Part shown: piece after piece, positions 26,875 to 35,581 of the stretch
Position numbering within the stretch: the first letter of the stretch is position 1
Layout: every line of letters starts with the position of its first letter
Virus record (IMG/VR): IMGVR_UViG_3300023174_000061
Reading direction: 5' to 3' (one strand)
From: a virus
DNA length: 64,000 bases
The notes under the pieces: model-generated
The model's database searches: none
What the model saw: only the letters and a program-made list of their open reading frames with translations
Told to the model about the DNA's origin: nothing
Program-made: the position numbers and the translations under genes

Positions 26875-27821
26875 GAATAGCATTTCATGATAATTCTTTA
26901 TGTTTGCGGGGAACCACAGTAGCAATTTATGATTGGGCATATTGGACTAGACATTATCTTAATATTGACCCAATCATTATGTTTAATTTAAAAAATAATT
27001 TTAATGATAAAAGTGTCATTAAAAAATTTGAAAACGAATTTCCTGTTTTTGGATATGAAGATAAATCCCAAATAGATGATATTTTATCCAAAAATAAATG
27101 TGATGCATTTTTAATGGAAAAAGGAGGTGAACCTGATGGTGTAATTTCATCAGTTTCTAAAAATTTAGTAAATGCTATATCTGGATGGTGGAAACCAGAA
27201 TGGGTTCATGGAGATGTTTATGCTATGGGTTCAAAATGGTTGTCTAAAATAACTGATTATAAAATACCTTATGTTCCATATATTGTACATCTTCCAGATC
27301 ATAATTTAAATATGAGAGATGAGTTAGGAATTCCTAAAGATGCATTGGTTTTTGGAAGAAATGGTGGGTGGGATACTTTTGATCTTCAATTTGTAAAGCA
27401 ATCAATTGTAGAAAATTTAGAAAAAAGAAGTGATATTTGGTTTATTTTTCAATACACAGAACCTTTTTATGAACATGAAAGAATAATATATCTTGAACCA
27501 ACTGCTGATTTGAATGAAAAAGTTAGATTTATTAATACTTCTGATGTGATGCTACATGCAAGAAATATTGGGGAATCTTTTGGATTATCTTGTGCAGAAT
27601 TTTCAATTAGAAATAAACCTGTGATTACTTATTACAATTCTCTCGAAAGAAATCATATTGATACTTTAGATGAAAAAGGAATATTTTATGAAAATAAAGA
27701 AGATATTGATCATATTTTATTGAACCTAGATAGAAATGAAATAACTGGATTGGAATGGAATTGTTATCAAGACTATTCTCCCGAAAATGTAGTACAAAAA
27801 TTTAAAGAGGTTTATTTGTGA
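26871..27821 (+). CDS. GT-B (GT4-like) glycosyltransferase
   Basis: RDELGIP...VFGR.GG and GESFGLSCAEF....PVI. Confidence 0.8.
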   Translation: MRIAFHDNSLCLRGTTVAIYDWAYWTRHYLNIDPIIMFNLKNNFNDKSVIKKFENEFPVFGYEDKSQIDDILSKNKCDAFLMEKGGEPDGVISSVSKNLVNAISGWWKPEWVHGDVYAMGSKWLSKITDYKIPYVPYIVHLPDHNLNMRDELGIPKDALVFGRNGGWDTFDLQFVKQSIVENLEKRSDIWFIFQYTEPFYEHERIIYLEPTADLNEKVRFINTSDVMLHARNIGESFGLSCAEFSIRNKPVITYYNSLERNHIDTLDEKGIFYENKEDIDHILLNLDRNEITGLEWNCYQDYSPENVVQKFKEVYL

Positions 27822-28453
27822 ATATACAAGATTACTTAAGAGAATTGAGCAAAAAATATAAACCCAATTCAATATTAGATATTGGAGCACATCACGGAGA
27901 ATTTTCTAAATTTTGTAAATCATTGTGGAAAGATGTCGATCTGTTTATGATAGAAGGAAATGATGAATGTGATTCTATTCTAGATAACGTTCCTTTTGAT
28001 CACTGCATTGTTTTGTTAAGTGATACCAATAAAGAAGTTACTTTATATTTAAATCCCAACAATTTGGATTGTACTGGTACATCTTATTATAAAGAAAGAA
28101 CAAGACACTATAAAAATAGTATAGAGGTTAAGAAAAATACATATACTTTAGATGAAGTTGTAGAAGATATTGATAAGAAATATGATATAATTAAGATTGA
28201 TACTCAAGGATCTGAATTGGATATCATAAAAGGTGGATTGAAAACAGTTCAGAATTGTTCTTATTTAATAATGGAAGTTCCTACTCTTCAATACAATGAA
28301 GGTAGTCCTTTATTTGATGAAATAATTGAATATATGAATAATATTGGATTTTCTGATCATGAAATTATTGAAGAACATAAGTGGATGGATAGAAATGAAA
28401 ATACATTTGAATATGGTAGTACTTTTCAAGTAGATGTTGTCTTTAAAAAGTAA
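27818..28453 (+). CDS. FkbM-family methyltransferase
   Basis: ILDIGAHHG and IKIDTQGSELDIIKGG. Confidence 0.88.
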   Translation: MNIQDYLRELSKKYKPNSILDIGAHHGEFSKFCKSLWKDVDLFMIEGNDECDSILDNVPFDHCIVLLSDTNKEVTLYLNPNNLDCTGTSYYKERTRHYKNSIEVKKNTYTLDEVVEDIDKKYDIIKIDTQGSELDIIKGGLKTVQNCSYLIMEVPTLQYNEGSPLFDEIIEYMNNIGFSDHEIIEEHKWMDRNENTFEYGSTFQVDVVFKK

Positions 28454-28458
28454 AAAAA

Positions 28459-29352
28459 ATGAAATCTTTAGTAACAGGCGGTGCTGGATTTATTGGTTCC
28501 AATCTAGTTGATGCACTCATAGAGTTAGGTCATGAAGTTATAGTAATTGATAATGAAAGTGCAGAATCTAATGGACAATTTTATTGGAATCCAAAAGCAC
28601 AAAATTACAAGTATGATATTTGTGATTATGAAAAAACTAGACCTCTTTATGAAGGTGTTGATTATGTATTTCATCTTGCTGCTGAGGCAAGGATTCAACC
28701 AGCAATTTTAAATCCAATTGAAGCAATAACTACTAATTGTGTTGGTACAGTTACAGTTCTTCAATGTGCCAGAGAGGCAGGAGTTCAAAAAGTAATTTAT
28801 TCCTCCACATCTTCTGGTTATGGATTTAATCAATCTCCAAATCACGAAAATCAACGAGATGATTGTTTGAATCCATATTCAGTATCAAAAGTTGCTGGAG
28901 AAAAACTTTGTAAAATGTATAATGACCTATTTGGTCTTAAAACAATTTTCTTTAGATATTTTAATGTTTATGGTGAAAGACAACCATTAAAGGGACAATA
29001 TGCACCAGTAATTGGTATTTTCTTACGTCAAAGAAAAGATGCCGAACCTCTTACAATTGTTGGTGATGGTGAACAACGTAGAGACTTCACACACGTATCT
29101 GATGTAGTTCAAGCAAATATTCTTGCAGCAACAAAAGATATTAATGATGAATTTTATGGAGAACTTTATAATGTAGGTAATGGAGTTAATTATTCGATTA
29201 ATGAAATTGCAAATGCTATTTCTGAAAATCAAATAAATATTCCAACAAGAATTGGAGAGTCACGAACTACTCTTGCAAACAATGGAAAATTGAGAACCAT
29301 TTTTGGATGGAGACCTCAAGTGAATTTAATGGATTGGATTAAAACTCAATGA
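28459..29352 (+). CDS. NAD-dependent nucleotide-sugar epimerase/dehydratase
   Basis: VTGGAGFIGS, YSVSK, RYFNVYG, GDGEQRRDF. Confidence 0.92.
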   Translation: MKSLVTGGAGFIGSNLVDALIELGHEVIVIDNESAESNGQFYWNPKAQNYKYDICDYEKTRPLYEGVDYVFHLAAEARIQPAILNPIEAITTNCVGTVTVLQCAREAGVQKVIYSSTSSGYGFNQSPNHENQRDDCLNPYSVSKVAGEKLCKMYNDLFGLKTIFFRYFNVYGERQPLKGQYAPVIGIFLRQRKDAEPLTIVGDGEQRRDFTHVSDVVQANILAATKDINDEFYGELYNVGNGVNYSINEIANAISENQINIPTRIGESRTTLANNGKLRTIFGWRPQVNLMDWIKTQ

Positions 29353-30053
29353 ATTTATTAATAGAATATTTTAGATCTGATGATTATCAGAGACATAGTG
29401 AATATATTACTTGTATTCACGAGAATTTAGAAAATGAACATATTGAAAAAATATATGTTTTTGTTTCCGATGATTCTAAATTAAATTTTAAATCAGATAA
29501 ATTGGAAATTGTCCAAATAGATGAACGTCCTACATACAAAGATTTATTTGAGTTTTGTAATACAAATTTAAATAATCAAATTTGTATTATTTCAAATGCA
29601 GATATTATTTTTGATGATACTATATCGAATCTAAAAGAAGTCAATCTTATAGAAGTCTTTGTTGCTCTAACTAGATGGGAAGTATTTTGTGAAAATGGTG
29701 AATGGTGTATCGCACCATTTAATAATTCATCATCTCAGGATGTATGGGCATTCCAAACCCCAATCAAAGTTACAGACGAAATGAATTTCCATCTTGGAAA
29801 ACCTAGATGTGATAATAAGATTGCAAAATTAATATCAGAACATTATGAAATTCGTAACCCAGGTCTTCAAATTATAACTTCTCATTTCCATATGTCTGGA
29901 TATAGAACTTATTCTGGTAACGAAGGAATGCCTGGACCTTATCTTTGCTTAGTTCCAAATGATGATATTAATAAAAAAACAGAATATGTTGAGATTGACG
30001 GATTTGACGAACAAGGAAGGGCTTATCGAATAGAAAAATCAAATAATGGATAA
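29349..30053 (+). CDS. Putative GT-A glycosyltransferase
   Basis: ISNADIIFD, ALTRW, SQDVW, G...CDN. Confidence 0.6.
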   Translation: MNLLIEYFRSDDYQRHSEYITCIHENLENEHIEKIYVFVSDDSKLNFKSDKLEIVQIDERPTYKDLFEFCNTNLNNQICIISNADIIFDDTISNLKEVNLIEVFVALTRWEVFCENGEWCIAPFNNSSSQDVWAFQTPIKVTDEMNFHLGKPRCDNKIAKLISEHYEIRNPGLQIITSHFHMSGYRTYSGNEGMPGPYLCLVPNDDINKKTEYVEIDGFDEQGRAYRIEKSNNG

Positions 30054-30066
30054 TAAACGGGGGTGC

Positions 30067-30113
30067 TTGACATCCCTTTATAATTACTATATAATTGTGT
30101 AATGTTTCGTAAC
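30067..30113 (+). promoter_or_regulatory. Sigma70 promoter of hli with an HLR1-like (RpaB) site
   Basis: TTGACA-N17-TATAAT at 30067-95. The minus strand of 30096-30113 reads GTTACGAA-AC-ATTACACA. Confidence 0.7.
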
Positions 30114-30124
30114 AAAACGGAAAA

Positions 30125-30334
30125 ATGACTGTAACAACCAATGAGCACGGGCAACAAAATATGTTTGCGCGTGAACCAAAGATGTACATCTCTGATGAGG
30201 ATGCCATCAAGTATGGCATGATGACCCACAATGAGAGAGCAGAACTTGCTAACGGACGCTGGGCTATGCTAGGATTTATTGCAGGCATCGTTTCTTACGT
30301 CGCCACTGGTAAACTATTCTTTGGTGTCTTCTGA
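30125..30334 (+). CDS. hli: High-light-inducible protein
   Basis: AELANGRWAMLGF chlorophyll-binding motif. Confidence 0.95.
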   Translation: MTVTTNEHGQQNMFAREPKMYISDEDAIKYGMMTHNERAELANGRWAMLGFIAGIVSYVATGKLFFGVF

Positions 30335-30420
30335 TGTCCGAAGTTATTTTTACAACAACGAGTGTTGCCTTCTTTGTATTACTGGCACACTCAATTAATC
30401 AACTTTCAGAAACTTATTAA
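30334..30420 (+). CDS. 28-aa hydrophobic peptide between the hli genes
   Basis: TGATG coupling; MSEVIFTTTSVAFFVLLAHSINQLSETY. Confidence 0.5.
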   Translation: MSEVIFTTTSVAFFVLLAHSINQLSETY

Positions 30421-30431
30421 GGAGAACTAAA

Positions 30432-30551
30432 ATGAAATTTGGATTTACACCTGAAGGAGAGATTTTAAATGGTCGTCTCGCAATGCTTGGATTTGTAATC
30501 GCAGTTGGAACTTATCTCACCACTGGGCAACTAGTTCCAGGAGTGTTTTAA
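30432..30551 (+). CDS. hli: High-light-inducible protein (39 aa)
   Basis: AAGGAG RBS; MKFGFTPEGEILNGRLAMLGF...TGQLVPGVF. Confidence 0.93.
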   Translation: MKFGFTPEGEILNGRLAMLGFVIAVGTYLTTGQLVPGVF

Positions 30552-30717
30552 AATCCCAACACAAATAGGTATTCATACTTATCCTTGCTCTAAATATAGG
30601 GCAAGGATTTTTTTATTTTAATGGTATACTATTTCTTTTTAGTGTATTTTATTTTAATGATAGTCATAATTATAACAAAGGCATCACAATCTAAATAAAG
30701 TAGTTGTTAAAGATAAA

Positions 30718-31419
30718 ATGAAAATAGATCTTCATAACTTTTTTCTACATTATGATGAAAAGAATCCAAAGCATGTTGCAGCAGTGGAGCAACTTGAAAA
30801 GGATTTGGAACAAAAGCAACCAGATTTGATTCAAGATGAATCTAACTGGGTAAGAATTTTCAGAGAGAAGGCACCAGTTCCTGCACAGACAGGAGTTTTG
30901 CCAGTCCCATATTACCCACAAACAGATAATTATAGAGATGCTAATCGTACTTGCAACAGCTCTTCTTGTGCTATGTGTCTTGAATATCTTAAACCAGGTA
31001 CTCTAAAAGGAGCAAAGGGAGACGATGCCTACATTCAAAAGGTATTCGCAATTGGAGACTCAACAGATCACGCAGTTCAAACCCGTGTTCTTGAGAGCTA
31101 TGGTATTAAGTCATACTTTAGTTACAATCTTTCTTTTGCTGATCTTGATAAGAGTTTATCTGCTGGAAAGCCTGTTGTTATTGGTATTCTGCACAGGGGT
31201 TCTCTTTCTGCACCTACTGGTGGGCATATGTTGTGTATAATAGGTAAAAGTCCTGATGGAAAATCGTATATTGTTAATGACCCATATGGGGATTTGATGT
31301 CGGGTTATACTACACCCGTAAATAAAGGTAAAGGTGCCGTTTATCCTGTTGAAGTTCTAAAGCATAGATGGTTGGATAAGGGAAAGGATAAAACCGGATG
31401 GGGTAGAGTGTTTCGTTGA
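30718..31419 (+). CDS. Peptidase C39-like protein
   Basis: VPYYPQ, TCNSSSCAM, GH..., VNDPYG. Confidence 0.85.
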   Translation: MKIDLHNFFLHYDEKNPKHVAAVEQLEKDLEQKQPDLIQDESNWVRIFREKAPVPAQTGVLPVPYYPQTDNYRDANRTCNSSSCAMCLEYLKPGTLKGAKGDDAYIQKVFAIGDSTDHAVQTRVLESYGIKSYFSYNLSFADLDKSLSAGKPVVIGILHRGSLSAPTGGHMLCIIGKSPDGKSYIVNDPYGDLMSGYTTPVNKGKGAVYPVEVLKHRWLDKGKDKTGWGRVFR

Positions 31420-31429
31420 TAAATAAGAG

Positions 31430-31488
31430 TGTCTGTTTGGACGGCAATCTCTACAGATAAGATTAGGTGCTTTTAGGGCACCTTTTCT
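31430..31488 (+). ncRNA. Putative late two-hairpin antisense sRNA (copy 2)
   Basis: GATAAATA at 31418-25. Stem TGTCTGT/ACAGATA. 31437-46 is the reverse complement of 31513-22. Terminator AGGTGC/GCACCT-TTT. TATAAATA at 31501-08. Confidence 0.6.
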
Positions 31489-31535
31489 ATTATAAACTCT
31501 TATAAATAGTAATGCCGTCCAAGTAGAATAGAAAG

Positions 31536-32342
31536 ATGAAAGACCCTAAAAGGTTTTATACTTACGCATATTTGCGAGAAGATAGAACTCCTTACTATAT
31601 TGGTAAAGGAGAAGCAAGAAGAGCATACTCAAAGCATCATAGAGTTTCAGTCCCTCCTTTAGACCGAATATTATTCCTTAAGAAAAATCTTTTGGAGGAA
31701 GATGCTCTTAAGCACGAAGAATATATGATAAAAGTTTTTGGTAGAAAAGATAATGGGACTGGAATACTAGCAAATCTTACTGATGGTGGTGTTGCTACTA
31801 GTGGATATATTAGAACAGAGGAAGAAAAGGAATATTTGAGAAATCTCTGGAAAGGTGAAAAAAGTCCTCATTATGGGGTTCCAAAATCTCCGGAAGTTAG
31901 AATAAAAATGAGTGAAGCACAACTTGGTGAGAAAAATCATAGGTATGGTAAAAAACTGACGGAAGTGGAAAAGAGACAAAGAAGTGAAAAACTGAAGGGA
32001 AGACCTGCTCCTTGGAATAGTAGAAAACATACTAAAGAAGAAACCGAAAAAAGAATACAAAAAATGAAAGGAAGAAAATGGTGGAATAATGGAAAAAAAG
32101 AAAGTTTTTTATATGAACCACTTAATGAAACTTGGATTTTGGGTAGATTAAATAAAACTCTACCTCAAATGTGGGAACTTATTTCTCCTGAAGGAGTTTT
32201 TTATATTACAAATAATCTTGCTTTATTTTGTAGGGAAAGGTTTGATAAATCATCATCAGTCCTTGCTAATGTTGCTTATGGAATAAACAAATCATATAAG
32301 GGTTATAAATGTCGCAAACTAACTAAATATGAGTATGCATAG
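31536..32342 (+). CDS. Free-standing GIY-YIG-like homing endonuclease with NUMOD3-type repeats
   Basis: YTYAYLREDRTPYYIGKG...R...E...N.TDGG and KSPEVRIKMSEA repeats. Confidence 0.85.
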   Translation: MKDPKRFYTYAYLREDRTPYYIGKGEARRAYSKHHRVSVPPLDRILFLKKNLLEEDALKHEEYMIKVFGRKDNGTGILANLTDGGVATSGYIRTEEEKEYLRNLWKGEKSPHYGVPKSPEVRIKMSEAQLGEKNHRYGKKLTEVEKRQRSEKLKGRPAPWNSRKHTKEETEKRIQKMKGRKWWNNGKKESFLYEPLNETWILGRLNKTLPQMWELISPEGVFYITNNLALFCRERFDKSSSVLANVAYGINKSYKGYKCRKLTKYEYA

Positions 32343-32374
32343 GGACATAAATACTTAAAAAGTAATCAATACAG

Positions 32375-32755
32375 ATGAAAACTTTTAGAGAGTTTATTTT
32401 GGAGTGTGAGTTGGTTGAAGGTAAAGTAGAGTGGGATAATCCCAAAAGACCACTTCAATCTGGATGGACCCCAAGAGAAAAGAATAGGGCAAGGAGAATA
32501 AGAACTGGTGTAGAAAATCCAGATAAACCTTCTTTCCAAACAGGTGGTCCAAGTGAAAAAGATTATGAAAGATATGGAAAATTAAAGGCAGCACACGATA
32601 CTGAAAAAGATAAAAATGTTTCTGGTAAAGAAAGACATAAGTTTAAGAAAAGTAGTTTTTCAGGAATGAGTAAAGGGCAAGAAAGAAGAACTCATAAACA
32701 AGATAAAGAAATAATATCACAAAGAAACCAACTTAAAGAACCAAAAGACAAATGA
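32375..32755 (+). CDS. Putative internal head protein with a T4-like capsid-targeting sequence
   Basis: N-terminus MKTFREFILE resembles the T4 IP CTS (MKTYQEFIAE). Basic body. CATAAATA at 32346-53. Confidence 0.65.
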   Translation: MKTFREFILECELVEGKVEWDNPKRPLQSGWTPREKNRARRIRTGVENPDKPSFQTGGPSEKDYERYGKLKAAHDTEKDKNVSGKERHKFKKSSFSGMSKGQERRTHKQDKEIISQRNQLKEPKDK

Positions 32756-33213
32756 CTTTAAAGGCAGGAATAGATTTAATTAAAAAGTTTGAAGGATGCC
32801 ACCTTAAAGCATATCCAGATCCTCTGTCGGGTGGACTTCCAATCACTATTGGTTGGGGATCTACTCGTAAAAAGAATGGGACTCCATTTAAACTTGGTGA
32901 TGTCATCACTCAAAAGGAAGCAGATGAATTGTTGATTGCTCAATGTGAGAGTCAGTTCTTACCATCACTTTCTAAAATCCCACACTGGAATGAAATGAAT
33001 GAGAATCAAAAAGGAGCACTTTTATCTTTTGCTTATAATCTTGGTGCTAATTTCTATGGGTCTTCCAATTTTAATACCATAACCAAAGTTCTTAAAAATA
33101 AAGAATGGAGCAAAGTTCCTGATGCTCTTTATCTTTATCGCAATCCTGGTTCTAATGTTGAAGCAGGTCTTGCTCGCAGAAGAAAAGCAGAAGGAGATTT
33201 GTGGAAAAAGTAA
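32752..33213 (+). CDS. GH24 lysozyme / endolysin
   Basis: FEGCHLKAYPD...TIGWGST, SFAYNLG, GLARRRKAE. Confidence 0.92.
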   Translation: MTLKAGIDLIKKFEGCHLKAYPDPLSGGLPITIGWGSTRKKNGTPFKLGDVITQKEADELLIAQCESQFLPSLSKIPHWNEMNENQKGALLSFAYNLGANFYGSSNFNTITKVLKNKEWSKVPDALYLYRNPGSNVEAGLARRRKAEGDLWKK

Positions 33214-33316
33214 TTATTCTTTTGTCTCCAAATATGCCAATCTTAATATGTAATAGATGCACCAAGCAGTAAAAACTAAACCTGCTCCAAGAATGGTGCA
33301 TACTCCCCAAGGAAAC

Positions 33317-33517
33317 TCATTCATCCCACCCCTCCTCTTGTTTGTGTATCCAAACTTTTAAACCTTTAACGTATTTTCTTAATATCTGTGCCTGTTCTTC
33401 GTGCCATGGATCTCTTGTTTCCAATCCGATCCTTGTGTGATTATCTATTGCTTGTAGTATTTGGTGAATGGGTTTGTTCCAACATTCACGCTTGGGAGTG
33501 TTCCACTCTCGTGGCAT
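33317..33517 (-). CDS. Hypothetical protein
   Basis: 66-aa ORF divergent from psbA, with minus-strand CATAAATA upstream. Confidence 0.6.
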   Translation of the reverse strand: MPREWNTPKRECWNKPIHQILQAIDNHTRIGLETRDPWHEEQAQILRKYVKGLKVWIHKQEEGWDE

Positions 33518-33549
33518 ATAAAAAGTTTAAAATTATTTATGAAAATACC

Positions 33550-33583
33550 TTGACAGGATTTCCTGACAGTGCTATAATAAATA
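33550..33583 (+). promoter_or_regulatory. Overlapping early (sigma70) and late promoters of psbA
   Basis: TTGACA-N17-TATAAT at 33550-78, overlapping AATAAATA at 33576-83. Confidence 0.8.
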
Positions 33584-33619
33584 GATGTTAAGGAATCAAC
33601 ACATTTCTTAATCTTCTGT

Positions 33620-33725
33620 AACCGAGATCATCAGAAGTAAAGCATCTCTCATACCTGTACTGGAGGGTGGTACTGGAATATCTGTACTTGTTCAATTCCC
33701 CTTGGACTCATACTTACCCTTTTAC
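33620..33725 (+). ncRNA. Structured psbA leader, probably PhotoRC-II motif
   Basis: GAGAT/ATCTC and GTAC/GTAC stems, with possible CTC..GAG pairing. Lies in the cyanophage psbA 5' UTR. Confidence 0.5.
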
Positions 33726-33730
33726 GAAAA

Positions 33731-35022
33731 ATGACTGCTACTATTGCCTCACGCAATTCTACTAACCTCTGGAACGATTTCTGTTCCTGGGTTACTTCTA
33801 CTAACAACCGTCTCTATGTGGGGTGGTTTGGTGTATTGATGATCCCAACGTTGCTTGCCGCAACGATTTGTTTCATCATCGCATTCGTTGGTGCTCCTCC
33901 TGTGGACATTGACGGCATTCGTGAACCTGTCTCTGGTTCATTAATGTACGGCAACAACATCATCTCTGGTGCCGTTGTGCCTTCTTCTAATGCTATTGGA
34001 CTTCACTTCTATCCTATCTGGGAAGCTGCTTCCTTAGATGAATGGTTGTATAATGGTGGACCTTTTCAACTTGTTGTATTTCACTTCCTCATTGGCATCT
34101 ACTGCTATATGGGACGTGAATGGGAACTCTCTTACCGTTTAGGTATGCGTCCTTGGATTATGGTTGCTTACTCAGCACCTGTTGCTGCTGCATCTGCTGT
34201 ATTCCTGGTCTATCCTTTCGGTCAAGGTTCTTTCTCTGATGCTATGCCTCTTGGCATTTCTGGTACTTTTAACTATATGCTTGTCTTCCAGGCAGAACAT
34301 AATATTCTGATGCACCCTTTTCATATGCTTGGAGTTGCTGGTGTCTTCGGTGGTTCATTGTTCTCTGCGATGCACGGTTCTCTTGTAACCTCATCGTTGG
34401 TTCGTGAAACTACTGAAACCGAAAGTCAGAACTATGGTTATAAGTTCGGACAAGAAGAAGAGACATACAACATCGTTGCTGCTCATGGTTATTTTGGTCG
34501 CCTTATTTTCCAATATGCGTCCTTTAATAACTCACGTTCACTGCACTTCTTTTTAGCAGCGTGGCCGGTAGTTGGTATCTGGTTTGCTGCTCTTGGTGTA
34601 AGTACCATGGCATTCAATTTGAACGGATTTAACTACAATGGTTCTATCATGGACAATCAAGAACGTGTAATTCCTACTTGGGCAGACATTCTTAACCGTG
34701 CTGGACTTGGATTTGAGGTCATGCACGAGCGTCAAGTTGTGCTTTGCGCTCTTTAAATCGGATGAATTGCTGGAAACCCCAAGTGGGCAATCAGCAGCCA
34801 AGTCTTAGATACATCTAAGAAAGGTTCAGAGACTACCTGAGGAATAGAGTTTCCTTAATAACAGGTTTAAGCGTCCGACACCAGAGATGGTGATGATATA
34901 GTCCAATCCTGGTAGTAATACCAGACAGTTAAGGAAAGTTTAAGAATGCACACAACTTTCCTTTAGACCTTGCTACTGCTTCTATTACTGAAGTCGCATT
35001 ACAAGCACCGTCAATCGGTTGA
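33731..35022 (+). CDS. psbA: Photosystem II D1 protein (exon 1 33731-34732, exon 2 34945-35022; 359 aa)
   Basis: Canonical D1 sequence. ...EVMHER|[10 protein letters not shown]... is restored by removing 34733-34944. Confidence 0.98.
34733..34944 (+). mobile_element. Group I self-splicing intron (212 nt, no ORF) in psbA
   Basis: Exon ends in T and intron ends in G. Core elements AATTGCTGGAAA, AATCAGCAG, GTTCAGAGACTA and GATATAGTCC. Inserted after codon 334. Confidence 0.95.
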
Positions 35023-35047
35023 TATAAAAACCAAATAATGGTATAAT

Positions 35048-35075
35048 AAGGGAACTCTTCGGAGTTCCTTTTTTT
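35048..35075 (+). terminator. Intrinsic terminator after psbA
   Basis: AAGGGAACTC-TTCG-GAGTTCCTT-T5. Confidence 0.85.
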
Positions 35076-35090
35076 GTATATAAATACTGA

Positions 35091-35144
35091 TACCTGTGAT
35101 GGTTCGCATCTATCAGGTGGAAAAGGTGCTCCGCACCTTTTCTT
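35091..35144 (+). ncRNA. Putative late two-hairpin antisense sRNA (copy 3)
   Basis: TATAAATA at 35079-86. Stem TACCTG/CAGGTG. 35094-108 is the exact 15-nt reverse complement of 35158-72. Terminator GAAAAGGTGC/GCACCTTTTC. TATAAATA at 35146-53. Confidence 0.65.
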
Positions 35145-35179
35145 GTATAAATAGTATTGCGAACCATCACAGAGTAGAA

Positions 35180-35578
35180 ATGTATTACACCTACGCATAT
35201 TTGCGGGAAGACAAAACACCTTACTATATTGGTAAAGGTAAAGGAAATAGAATATTTAATAAAAATAAAGGTGATATAAGACCACCAAAAGATAAGTCAA
35301 GAATAATCTTCCTTAAAAAGAACTTAACCGAAGCAGAAGCATTTAGACACGAAATCTATATGATTACTGTGTTTGGTAGAAAAGATTTAGAAACTGGTAT
35401 ATTAAGAAACAGAACCGATGGTGGTGAAGGTGCTTCTGGGCTTGTGATAAGTGAAGAAACAAGAAAAAAATTAAGTGAATTGAGAGTTGGTGAAAAAAAT
35501 CCTAACTATGGGAAAGAAATGAGTGAAGAACAAAAACAAAAGAAACTTCAAGAATACATAAAGAAAAAGGAGAATTAA
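35180..35578 (+). CDS. Free-standing GIY-YIG-like homing endonuclease (short, one NUMOD3-type repeat)
   Basis: MYYTYAYLREDKTPYYIGKG...NRTDGGEG...SEETRKKLSE. Confidence 0.8.
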   Translation: MYYTYAYLREDKTPYYIGKGKGNRIFNKNKGDIRPPKDKSRIIFLKKNLTEAEAFRHEIYMITVFGRKDLETGILRNRTDGGEGASGLVISEETRKKLSELRVGEKNPNYGKEMSEEQKQKKLQEYIKKKEN

Positions 35579-35581
35579 AAG

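Noticed and set aside
34733-34756. Truncated or frameshifted psbA ending QVVLCAL
   Set aside because: This is read-in to the group I intron; splicing restores the canonical C-terminus.
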